64,000 bases of DNA from Schmidtea nova (taxonomy: Eukaryota): NCBI GenBank assembly GCA_044892505.1, contig CM097882.1, positions 299,584,001-299,648,000 on the forward strand, given 5' to 3'. Made by a program: the position numbers and the translations under genes. Numbering within the stretch: the stretch's first letter is position 1; each line of letters starts with the position of its first letter. The notes below the pieces were generated by a model, which searched no databases, was not told the DNA's origin, and saw only the letters and a list, made by a program, of their open reading frames with translations. This document shows, piece after piece, positions 1 to 10,539 of this stretch.

Positions 1-429
1 TCATTTATCAAAACAGCTCCATAAAAATGTTTCATAACACATTGAGTATCCTCTTTGTCGCCGGTTCTTTTAGAACATTTGTATTTCAGAATTTTTTCGA
101 GTATGAATGGACACTTTTCGACATACTTTACTAACTCGACAGCAATACTGCTAGATAATGTGACTTTGAACTTAAAATATGTAAAGCAACATTCATAATA
201 ATAATTATTTAAACTACGAATTTTCTTTTTGCAAAATAGCTTCAAAATATATTCAATCAAGTTTGTCTTTTTTCTTTACATATTGCTGGTAATTTGACTC
301 TTAATTTACTACCTTTGTATATTTAGGGTTATTTTAATTAGACATGTTTGTAAATAATTCTATTGAAATGTGGTTTTGTAATAAAATAAACAGCGTTTTG
401 ACAATTTTTAGATGACAGAAAGGAATAAC

Positions 430-695
430 TGTAATAAAAATATGAATTTAAAAAGAAAAGATAATATAAGATTGTTTTACTTGTAATGGGTGTAATGCCA
501 CATATATTGGAGGGACTGCCTGTCAAATTTATACATGAGTCCAAGAGCATGCCAGAAAGAGTGTAAAGAGTAATATTTTTGAGCATAATAATACATGCAA
601 GAATAGAATTAATATTTCTAATTTGAATATATTGTCTAAGGGTTTTAAAAGGTATTGTGATAATAAAATCATTTAATCCAAAAATAAACATACAA
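430..695 (+). mobile_element. Degenerate Penelope-like element GIY-YIG endonuclease remnant
   Basis: Plus strand reads FTCNGCNATYIGGTACQIYT*VQEHARK...NILSKGFK, matching the CNGCNATYIGETAR..RVLEH motif of the PLE copy at 48633-48941. Contains stops. Boundaries approximate. Confidence 0.65.
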
Positions 696-2681
696 ATGCA
701 ATATCTACATGCATTTTGTAGTTTTTAACTAATTTTTCTATGAATAATAAACGTTTTACTTGATTTTGCATGTGGTTATACACTTACTAATAAATTTATA
801 AATAAATAAATTATTTAAATTTTAATAAATAATATAAATTTTGTTGTCTGAAGATGCCAATATTGGTAAAATAATATGTCAAAATATATTGTCAAAATAT
901 AATGGTGATAATATTACTCTCTTACTTACAAATAAAATATAAATAAAACAATGTATAATTAAATAAAAATGTCAATGACTTAATTATTAAAAAACTCCAT
1001 TCAAACTTTTTTTATTATATTTTTAACAGACTCGCTGTTATTATCAGGTAGGAGATATAATTTCTCGATTTAATAACATCTGTTATTTTCATCTTCGATC
1101 TTTTCGATTCTAATTCAAAAGTTTTCATATTTTTAATAAAGATAATAGATCAAAATATTCTTTAAAGTTACACAAATTTAAAAAATACTGAAAAGAACTG
1201 TGTCAAAAATTTGTGTAACTTTTAAAATTATTTCACTTTATAATCTTTCTAAAAAAATATAAAATAAAACTATTTAATATCTCTTTTAAAAAACAAATTT
1301 TAAAAAATTTTAAATTTTAAAATTTGTGTATCACTTAGCAATAGCTGACCAAATAATTGTCCAGAGATTCTAATTTTGTTTATTTTCATTTTTTCAGACT
1401 ATAGTTTAAAATTTGATAAATTGAAAATATTTTGATCAATAATCTTAATGATTGAAAATTAAGTGAAAAAATTAAAAAATTATAAGAAAAATTATAAGAA
1501 AAACTAAATTAAAATAAGGCAATTCCTAAGTTTTTGAATGACATAAGCCGTGAGCTTCGGAGTGATAAATTGAGAAATGACTTTTAAGAAACATCTAAAT
1601 GAACACATATTGTAAAATACGGTATTGTTCAATTTTGACGTACGTCATTTTTACATTAAACATATTGTCTTTCTTTTACTTAACAATTTTTGAAGATATT
1701 TTGGATTTTTTAACATTATTTGTGGATATATTTTAAAAAATAGCTTCACTTGTTTTTGCTGGGTTTCTGGTAATTTTTTATTTTAACAACAATTTTGATA
1801 GATTTATTTTAATTCAAAATATTATTTTAAACAAAACAATGTTTTTTATTTACTTTTTTAGCATAAACTAACAAAGAAATGATAAAACATTGTTCTCTTT
1901 AATAAATGATAAAATTTCATTTCTGTGTTACCTTATATTTGTTGTTACTTTTACCGGAAGTTCGACATCAGATTTCAGTTGCCACTTTAAAAAACAGACT
2001 ATGTATGAAAAAAAATGTTTTTATTTTCTAAAGTTTTTACTATTTCAAGATAATCAAAATAAAAATTTTAAAAATTAAATTTTAATTTTTTTCTTAAGTT
2101 TAAAAGTTTGATAGATTTAATTTTAAATATTTAATGTATATTATAAATTTCAAACTTAATTTTCCAAAGGAAAAATTCGATAAAAACTTTAAATATTTTA
2201 TTGGTTAATCGTTGACTTTCTCTTTATTTTCAGTGAACTGCTAGGAAAAACTCCATAGTTTATCAAGATTTGGATTTCTTTCTGATTTTTTATTTCTGTG
2301 AAAATTTCTTTACTTGAAGAGTTTTATTAGTTGAAACAACAAACTGTTTTCCATTTTAGAAAGTGACTTACGGAATTTTTAAATTTTAGTGTTCTTTTAA
2401 TTTTCATATCAAGCTTTTACAGTAAATTCTACATAAAATCCAATTTGTCGACATTTTTCTAGTTGTATAGACTTTCAGAAAATAGAGAAAATTTCAAAAA
2501 GATGGGTTTATTGATAAAAATACAAAAGTATTTTTCTCATTAATGAGCTATATAATAGTTGGTAAGCAGATTTGAAATAAAAAATAAAATTAAAATATTT
2601 TAGGACATTTTTATTCACTGTTTACCTAAATCAAAATATCACTGACTGTTCTAAGAAAATTGTAATATCGAATAATATTAA

Positions 2682-2915
2682 CCCCTTTCTGCATGAGTGT
2701 TCATATATGAACATAATTAATTAACACTCGAAAATATTCTTTTTTCATAACTCTTGGCGCATAAGACGCCATATATGGACATTATTATTTTTTTTGATTT
2801 TGAATATATAGAAATATAAAAAATTCAAAAATAAAAAATACGTGTCTTTTATTTTTCAATTTTACACCTTAAAAATATTTTTTAAATATAAACAAAAAAT
2901 TCATGCAGAAAGGGG
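2682..2915. mobile_element. piggyBac-type MITE
   Basis: Perfect 15-bp TIR CCCCTTTCTGCATGA...TCATGCAGAAAGGGG flanked by TTAA on both sides (2678-2681, 2916-2919). Confidence 0.8.
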
Positions 2916-2919
2916 TTAA

Positions 2920-3156
2920 CCCTTTGATCACGTTTCTTTTCAAATTTGATTAAAAAATGTATTTCTTTTTGTCTGTAAATGGCAAATAAAGGAATTAATT
3001 AGAGTTAACAGCACAGAAAGACAGCTCGAACGGGGAAATCGCGGAATAACAACGTGAGAAAACATAAATAAATGCAAGCACGTCCAAATAGCGGGATGTG
3101 TATAATTAAACCAGTAGATGCTGCACGCGTAAACCGCGGGATACTCGGTCAGAGGG
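2920..3156. mobile_element. Second piggyBac-type MITE abutting the first
   Basis: Imperfect TIR CCCTTTGATC...GGTCAGAGGG with TTAA at 2916-2919 and 3157-3160. Confidence 0.6.
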
Positions 3157-3210
3157 TTAATGGAAGATAATTATTACGGTTGAATGCACTACTTGCATTT
3201 TCCATTTAAA

Positions 3211-3640
3211 TTCTTGAGCAACCACCACTTTTTATTAACATCTTTAGCTTCTTCTCTTTCGCCCATAAGATTATCAATGTTTTCATTAAATAATTTTTCA
3301 AACCTCTTTCAATCAAATATATTTTACAAATAGCATGATGAATTTATAGCCTTCATAAATTGGTACAGAATGCGACACATCATCTTCAAGACCCAGAACT
3401 ATACGAATTGACGGTGAATAGAATTTCATCCAAATATTTTGAATCATTTTTTCTTTGCCTTTGGATTTAAAGGAGCTTCAGGACAAAAACGAAATCTTTT
3501 TTCGTCAGCCAGATTTTATCTATATTATACCGTTTAGAAGAAATACAATGTCCAATGGAGTAATTTAAAGTCAAAATATCTTTAATTGAACATATTCTAA
3601 AGATTCATATATTCCAGATCCAATAATACAATGGCGATTA
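3211..3640 (-). pseudogene. Actin-like pseudogene fragment with frameshifts and deletions
   Basis: Mixed minus frames give KDILTLNYS/IGHCISSKRYNIDKIW (actin [24 protein letters not shown]), PEAPLNPKA (TEAPLNPKA), DDVSHSVPIYEGY (DGVTHTVPIYEGY), NYLMKTL (DYLMKIL) and EREEAKDV (EREIVRDI), collinear with actin. Confidence 0.65.
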
Positions 3641-5885
3641 AATTATAAATCTTATTCCAAGAAAATTAAAAATTATGTGTCAAAACGTTAATTTTTCAAC
3701 AATTCAAAAAAACTTAAAAATAACAAACTCAGTAAAATTTCAAAAAAAAATAAAATTCAACTTTTTTTAATTTATCACAACAAATCTAAACTAAATTAAA
3801 ACGGTAAAAAATATAAAAAATATTTAACTTTTTAAATACATAAACATTTTACATGATTGCTGAATAATAAATTCTTTTCAAATTTTTTTTACATTTTTAG
3901 TTTAATCACTTCCTCCAAAGCAATTAAATAAACTTCGGAGTCATTATATTATTTAAATGATTTATGAAAATAATTGATAAAATATATTTAGTTAATAAAA
4001 TTACAAAAAACTACAGATGCATAATGTTCAAATATAAATTATTCTAATCAATTTTTCTTAGAAAGATCCAAATTTTTATGATGTCCGCCAGTTCTTTTTT
4101 TTCTTTTAACAAACACGGTTGATTATTCTAAAATATAAACAAAATAAGACTAAGAATTTTTTTTTGAAATTAAAATTGACTTTAAATTATTTATTATTTT
4201 TGTCATTATTTTTGTAATTGATTTAAATTATAATAAATTTTTATTGTGGCACGTGCTAGTTATTTATTATCTGACATAGTGTATATTGGCATACAATAAG
4301 TTTAAAAATATTTTTCGCCGAAACATTTTAAGAGGAATTAAAATAAAAGTTTTATTATATATGTTAAAATAGTACGCTTTCTCTAAATGCGCTTAAGCTC
4401 TTTTAAATGCACCTTTAAGAGTTTTGCATTTGAGAAACACAAGTTCAAATCTACCAATATTTTAATATATTTTTTAATTTTTTTTTTTATTTTCATCTTT
4501 TATCTAAAAATATAAAAATCAAAGAAATAGAAGAATAAAGACTTTAGTAATTTTAATTGATGTAATAATATTAAGACCCACCAATTTAGAAATTGGTTAG
4601 TCGTGGCTCAGCTTGAGAGCTTCATTGCCTTTGGCGTATGTGTGGATATGCGTGTGCAATCGGTATTTTAATATTAAAAGAATATTCGATAGCCAGTGTG
4701 TCTTCTTTTGGTGTAGGTTTATGTGTGTGCTTGAGTTTGGTGTGCAGAATTTGTAATCTGTGAGTTAGTTGTTTTTTGCGTATTGTTTTTTTGGTTTGGA
4801 AGGAAAATTGTTGATTGATTTTAAGATTGAGTGGTTTTCATTTTGAAATCTTTTCCAGATTTTGGAGATATTATTAAATAATTTTCGTTTCGCCTTGGAT
4901 TTCTATTTTCGAATATCATTTTGAAATGGCTGGTAGTAGAGCTGATGGATTCAGTGCTACTGGATTAGACTTTTTGGTAAGGTGTAAATCTGTAGTGTTT
5001 TTGGAACTTGAAGAAAACATGAGTATTATTCTTGAAAGTGTTGACTGCAATCTATATGCTTCTTAAAGCATCAAGTTTTAATTCCGTCGTCTGATCAAAC
5101 AAAAGTTGAGATTTGGAATCAAGCACTGTAATTTTTGTTGTATGTACCTATTCAAATCAGTTTCGCATTGAAATGTCTTTTCACTTATAAAACAAGAATG
5201 TTCCATACAAATTTGTAACTATTTTCAATACAACAAAACTGCTTACATCCTTGAAAGACTAAACGTGTATTCGATTATTTATCTGAAATGGCTTATCAAT
5301 TAGCGTTTGATATGCCCACAAATGATACACAACAGTGTAAGTAATAAGTCCGATTATCTTTGCAGCAGTTGGCAAACCGCTCGAGGCAGTTTCTTGGAGA
5401 TAAAAAATTGGAAATAAAACAGATCCTTAATATAGTATGCAAAACACAAATGTAAAGACATAAATCGATAAAATTTATGATAAAAGGTATTTTTATTAGA
5501 ACTAATAATAAATTAAATAGCTGTTATTGTTCTCTCTCGCAATCCTCTAGAATATATTTATTTTTTTAATTTCATTTGTTTTCAAAATCTTTATAATAAA
5601 TTTAATCTACTAATAAGTTTATCATTTTGTTGTTGTATCATTTAATTATTTGGCCAAGGAAGATATTATANNNNNNNNNNNNNNNNNNNNNNNNNNNNNN
5701 NNNNNNNNNNNNNNNNNNNNNNNNNNNNNNNNNNNNNNNNNNNNNNNNNNNNNNNNNNNNNNNNNNNNNNNNNNNNNNNNNNNNNNNNNNNNNNNNNNNN
5801 NNNNNNNNNNNNNNNNNNNNNNNNNNNNNNNNNNNNNNNNNNNNNNNNNNNNNAGTGAAAAACCAAAAATTAAAAAAATAATATT

Positions 5886-7030
5886 TTATTTCTTTGTTAT
5901 AAAATCAGTTATTTTGCCTGTTTACATGATTCCAACAGTTTTTTTCTTGAAAATGCTTTCCAATCTCTCATAACCAATACATCGAAGGTCGTTATATTTT
6001 GTTGTGGCTCCAAATGATTTACTCCGATTTCAAAGGCCAGTTTTGCCTGATTACTTTTTATTTTATTCTTCCGTTTTTCATATTTTTCACCCGTAGCACT
6101 TTCATTACTGACATCCTCCATTGCAGGCTCACTACTGACTAGGGCAACAATGTAATTATAAGTCATAACGTCATCTGTATAAGAGTCATTATGATTTATC
6201 CAATCCGCAACCTCTATCATTAATAAGTTCGAACCCCTTAATATTTATAATGTTTCCACAACTTCAGTTGAATATATCATTATGATTATGTCATCAGATA
6301 AATGACACCCTTCGCATTTATATCGTTTTGTACCTTCATTAAGTCTGTCACGCCATTTTTTACTATTTTGTCTATTAATTTCTTTTTGAAGTTTCTTTTA
6401 AAGTTTCCGATGACACCTTGATCCATAGGATGAATCAAGGATGTCACGTTGGATGGTAAAAGTATAATTTTATATCACCTACACATAAAGCTAATGGATG
6501 GATGGGGCATTATCAACAATTAATGATGATTTATGAGACATTTTGCATGAAGACAAATACTGTTTTACTTTTGGCACGAACTCAAAAAATAAACAATTCT
6601 CTAAACAGATCACAATTCATCCATGCCGATTTTTAAGAATGATAATAATCAGGAACACCTTTCACATTAATGTTTATGAAACATCATGGTGTCGCATATC
6701 TTCCGGTGGCAAACGCTAGCAGTTCATGTTCTCCAGACGCATTGGAACATAAACCCGTGGTCATTCTTTATTTATTCGATGAATATCCGAAAGCTTTATG
6801 TTCAGAGGTTGGAACTAATGTATAATTTGTTAAAATTTTAAAATTAATTTCAGTTTCATTGATATTATATATCCGGCACGCAGTATATTACCCCTTTCAA
6901 CTGTGTTTTTAAACTCATCAACAAATCGGCTTGGTGAATTTTCATCCGCAGAAAGGTTTTCACCAAAAGAAGATTTTAATGATCGTTTCTATAACATATT
7001 TAATAGTGTGTTTCAGACGTTTCAGACTAT
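5886..7030 (-). mobile_element. Tigger/pogo (CENP-B-like DDE) transposase remnant
   Basis: Minus frames: GENLSADE, INETEINFK, CSNASG, AWMNCDLF, VDNAPS, LLPSNVTSLIHPMDQGVIGNFK and a C-terminal KQ..KITDF tail. Multiple stops and frameshifts. Confidence 0.75.
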
Positions 7031-7041
7031 TTTTATTATAA

Positions 7042-7099
<58 letters not shown>

Positions 7100-7466
7100 A
7101 AATGTTAATATTAGCTCGTTTAGAATGTTTTGTAGTACTATGTTAGCGATGTACAGAGGGAGAAAAGTAAGCGCCCGAGAGAGTCAGCCCGATTATTGTG
7201 GGGACACTCGGGGTGTATGTTATGTACGCAGGTGACTATATGGGTGTATACAGAAAACCAAATTTTTATAGAATCACAATATCTAACTAAATAACAATAA
7301 TAAAAACTTTTATTATATAACGCAGGAATAACCAATTTAAAGTTACTTTTGAATTAAGGAATAACTCTTCTTGGATACTTGGGAAAATAACTTGGATAAT
7401 GGCTGATTTGTTATTATTCTATTTATATTGTTATTATTGGATAAAAAAAATATTTGCTAGGAACGG

Positions 7467-7690
7467 GATAAATTGGCTTTACTTGTGATTTCTTTTAGCC
7501 TGAGTAATGATATTGGATGGAAAAATATTTGATAGGAATGAGATAAATTGGCTTTGTTTGAGTTTTCTTTTATCCTGAGTAATGATATTGGATGGAAAAA
7601 TATTTGATAGGAATGTGATAAATTGACTTTATTTGTGTTTTCTTATATCCTGTGTAATGATGTTGTATGGGAAAATATTTGATGGGAAAG
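7467..7690. repeat. 75-bp tandem repeat, about 3 copies
   Basis: GATAAATTG unit starts at 7467, 7542 and 7617 (period 75). Confidence 0.85.
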
Positions 7691-8292
7691 GAATCTTCTT
7701 TGGTAAATTTCTTTTACGATTTACAACAAATTTTTAACAATTTTCTTTTAACTTCATTTTCTTAATTTTTTTTTGAATCAATTTTTTTAATTATTCAATT
7801 TGGCTTACTATAGCTTTTGCTATAGCAAGCCAAATTTGAATTTTAAATGTAATAATAATAATAATTGGAATAAATATTTGCTGTCATAATAAAAAAGGGG
7901 GGGTTCCTGGTGTCCGCAGGGGCACCGTCCATAGTAATGACGGCGCTTACAAACTGTTGAAAGAATAATTACATGAACTAAACATAATATATATATCATC
8001 TAAATCATCTAATTCAAAATATTTTGCTTTATTTGTTGTGCATCTGTTAACTAGCGTGGGTTTAAAATCTATCATTTTAAGAAAGTCCTCCACGGGCCCC
8101 TTTTTTTCACCAATGGTATATTGTTGACCTTCCTACACCATACTCTTGGTACAAAATGCTTATTGACTCCTTATTTTCTAACCGGTTAACTGCATTATAA
8201 TTTCTCTTCAATTTTAATGATCAATTTTGATTTTTTGATTTTTAGCTATCAAGGGGGGGGGGGGGGTGAATCAATAAAAAGATTTAAATGGG

Positions 8293-8893
8293 TGTGGTGA
8301 TTCATGCATAGGCATCTGACCACACAGGTTGTATGTGTTCAATTGACATTTTGTGGTCGCCTATATTTTGTAATTTTTAAATGTAAAAATATTTGTGTAT
8401 TTTATATTTTTTATAAAAACTTTCAATTAATTTTTATGTTTGCTGTTTAAAAAAAAAAGCTTTTGTAAAGGTAAAAAAACAAATGAAACTTTGTTTAAAA
8501 AAAAAAGAATATAATGTATGGAAAAAATTTTGTTTAAAAGAAAAAATTTGGCGTTTTTTTAAAATAAACATTTACATCTTTAAATTTCTTTGTGATTTAT
8601 CTATTATTTTCGTTGATGAAATGAACGAAGTTATCCGACAGAAGATTAACGCTTATTTAACAGTATTTGATGAAATCTATAAAGATAATCTTCATAATCA
8701 TGTTTTGGAAATGATCGAGCAGCCCCTGCCTGCGAGAAATAGTGTTTTTGAGAGACTCGGCACTCTGGGGAAAGTCGTGACACCGCGGAGACTGATTAAC
8801 GGAGTAGAGAGTCAGAGGAACGGAGATTCCGCTCCTTTAACTATACCAACTGAGAAGCAAAAGCAGCAGATCCCGGACGTCGTAAACATTAAA
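8293..8893 (+). repeat. 5' LTR of gypsy element 1
   Basis: Differs from 14040-14641 by 3 substitutions and one A in a poly-A run. Confidence 0.93.
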
Positions 8894-10504
8894 ATGGTGT
8901 CAGAAGTGGCAGAAGATATTCTTGTTTCTACGTCTCTACATGCGCGAGACGAAGTCGTGCGACAGTCCGGACCACTGGAGACTCATACTCCTACCACTGC
9001 GGACGTCTGGGCCAGATTTGTCGATGTCCAGCATGTTTCTCTCGTGGCAAACTACGATCTCCTCACTATCCGAGAACTTTACTTTCAAGGTAACCACATT
9101 ATGTTAAATATTGTTCACCTTTTTAACTTGTGTGGTCTAGGCTTTTTGTGTGTTGTCGCCACATTAGCACCCTTACCTATTCCCTTATCTGGGGGGTCTA
9201 ATCTCAATACACATAAGGTACCTTGCACTGACATAATGGCAAATAATCAGGGCCATGCCGCCCTATGTGCTACTGAGGGTTTTGTTTTTGTCTCAACATC
9301 AGACAAGAACCGGATACTTCCCTTTAGTTTAAGCCTATCCTTTAAAGGACTTCTCAGTTACTTAAAATATGAGAAAAATGTTTACATAAATGACACGTAT
9401 GCTACATATAGGGGTTTTGTACATAGATTCGACGATCGACCCTTATATGAGCATATAAATGCTGGCGACACTATATATTTGCGGTACCGTATGCGCGGGG
9501 GCGCAGACAGTGACAATCCGTCTGTTTCAGACCAACCGCCTTCGCCTGGGACTACACAGCCAGACATCCCAACATCAATGCACAATTTGCCCAAGATTCC
9601 GTTCTTTTTGGATCAGAACGGATCTCCAGCATCCTGGTTTTTTGTACTGGAAAGACATTTTAGGATCATGACAATCACATCATCCTCCGAAATGTTCGAC
9701 CACTTGATCACCTGTTTGCAAAGGGAACTACTTTCGAAATTGGCTCATAATTTCTTGACCATTTCTACTTCTGCTGACCCGTACACAGCTCTTAAGAATC
9801 TAGTTCTCGAGAATTATCGCGAACCTAAGGCCGATATTTTCTCGCATTACTTCAAGGCACAGTCTCTCGGGTTACAACGTCCATCCGAATTCCTCAAAAG
9901 AGCCATTGATAACCTCGAATCCTTACAACAAGGTATCACTACCGACGACTCTCTGCTTCGTAGATTTTTTTTGTCGGCCTTGCCACCTCAGACACAGGCA
10001 ATATTGGCAGTTACGGAGTCAACCAACCTCCGGGATCTCGCCAATATGGCAGATAAAATCGCCAAAGCATCGGGCGTTAGCACGTCGCAACAGTGCAACC
10101 AAGTCAATTCGTTTGAGACTTTAGCCGCTGATACAGCCAGTTCAGCAAAGCGAAACATCCAGAGTTCAGATATAGTTTTGGCTGCAATTGAGCAGATATC
10201 TGATCGATTGAAGAAAATTGAGGCTCGGGATGAAAGACGGTCATCTCCGCACAGACGCACCTTTTCTCGTGAACGTTCTCTTCCCCGTCCTAAGAAGATT
10301 TGCTACTATCACGAAAGATTCGATAGAAAAGCTCAAAAATGCCACATAGGTTGCGAATATGCAGACAGGAGTTCAAGCTGTGAGCTTTTAGATGTCTGCG
10401 TCTATCATGGGAGATACAGGCAAGCAGCCAAATACTCTTTAGAAGGCTGCAGGTATTTCAAAAGTAATCCAGCACCGCAGAACAAGTCACATCCAAAAAA
10501 CTAG
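8483..10504 (+). CDS. gag: Extended Gag ORF: LTR-encoded leader + hydrophobic segment + ubiquitin-like domain + Mag-type Gag
   Basis: 673-aa ORF. PFFLDQNGSPASWFFVLERHF resembles the Mag Gag N-terminal motif, and there are two C-x2-H-x9-(C/Y)-x3/4-C motifs at the C terminus. Alternative in-frame ATGs at 8621, 9101 and 9236 (the last in good Kozak context). Confidence 0.85.
   Translation: MKLCLKKKEYNVWKKFCLKEKIWRFFKINIYIFKFLCDLSIIFVDEMNEVIRQKINAYLTVFDEIYKDNLHNHVLEMIEQPLPARNSVFERLGTLGKVVTPRRLINGVESQRNGDSAPLTIPTEKQKQQIPDVVNIKMVSEVAEDILVSTSLHARDEVVRQSGPLETHTPTTADVWARFVDVQHVSLVANYDLLTIRELYFQGNHIMLNIVHLFNLCGLGFLCVVATLAPLPIPLSGGSNLNTHKVPCTDIMANNQGHAALCATEGFVFVSTSDKNRILPFSLSLSFKGLLSYLKYEKNVYINDTYATYRGFVHRFDDRPLYEHINAGDTIYLRYRMRGGADSDNPSVSDQPPSPGTTQPDIPTSMHNLPKIPFFLDQNGSPASWFFVLERHFRIMTITSSSEMFDHLITCLQRELLSKLAHNFLTISTSADPYTALKNLVLENYREPKADIFSHYFKAQSLGLQRPSEFLKRAIDNLESLQQGITTDDSLLRRFFLSALPPQTQAILAVTESTNLRDLANMADKIAKASGVSTSQQCNQVNSFETLAADTASSAKRNIQSSDIVLAAIEQISDRLKKIEARDERRSSPHRRTFSRERSLPRPKKICYYHERFDRKAQKCHIGCEYADRSSSCELLDVCVYHGRYRQAAKYSLEGCRYFKSNPAPQNKSHPKN
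8895..8909 (+). promoter_or_regulatory. Primer binding site, tRNA-Leu type
   Basis: TGGTGTCAGAAGTGG is the reverse complement of CCACTTCTGACACCA, the 3' end of metazoan tRNA-Leu(CAG/CAA) plus CCA. It lies just after the 5' LTR. Confidence 0.85.
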
Positions 10505-10539
10505 TCTCGCCATCTCTGTACGCGGCATGCACAGATGGC
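10495..10539 (+). promoter_or_regulatory. -1 programmed ribosomal frameshift signal (gag-pol)
   Basis: A AAA AAC heptamer in the gag frame just before TAG, 7-nt spacer, then hairpin GCCATCT/CTGT...ACAGATGGC. The -1 frame is open into the FLVDTGS protease motif. Confidence 0.8.

Noticed and set aside
338-691. Hydrophobic minus-strand ORF resembling GPCR TM6-7
   Set aside because: It is the antisense shadow of a PLE GIY-YIG remnant on the plus strand.
5257-5400. Exon with GTAAGT donor followed by a 29-nt mini-intron
   Set aside because: Splicing leads to a stop after about 12 codons and there is no homology. The first exon alone remains possible but unsupported.
7467-7690. CRISPR-like array
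   Set aside because: Head-to-tail repeats without unique spacers, in a eukaryotic context with no cas genes.
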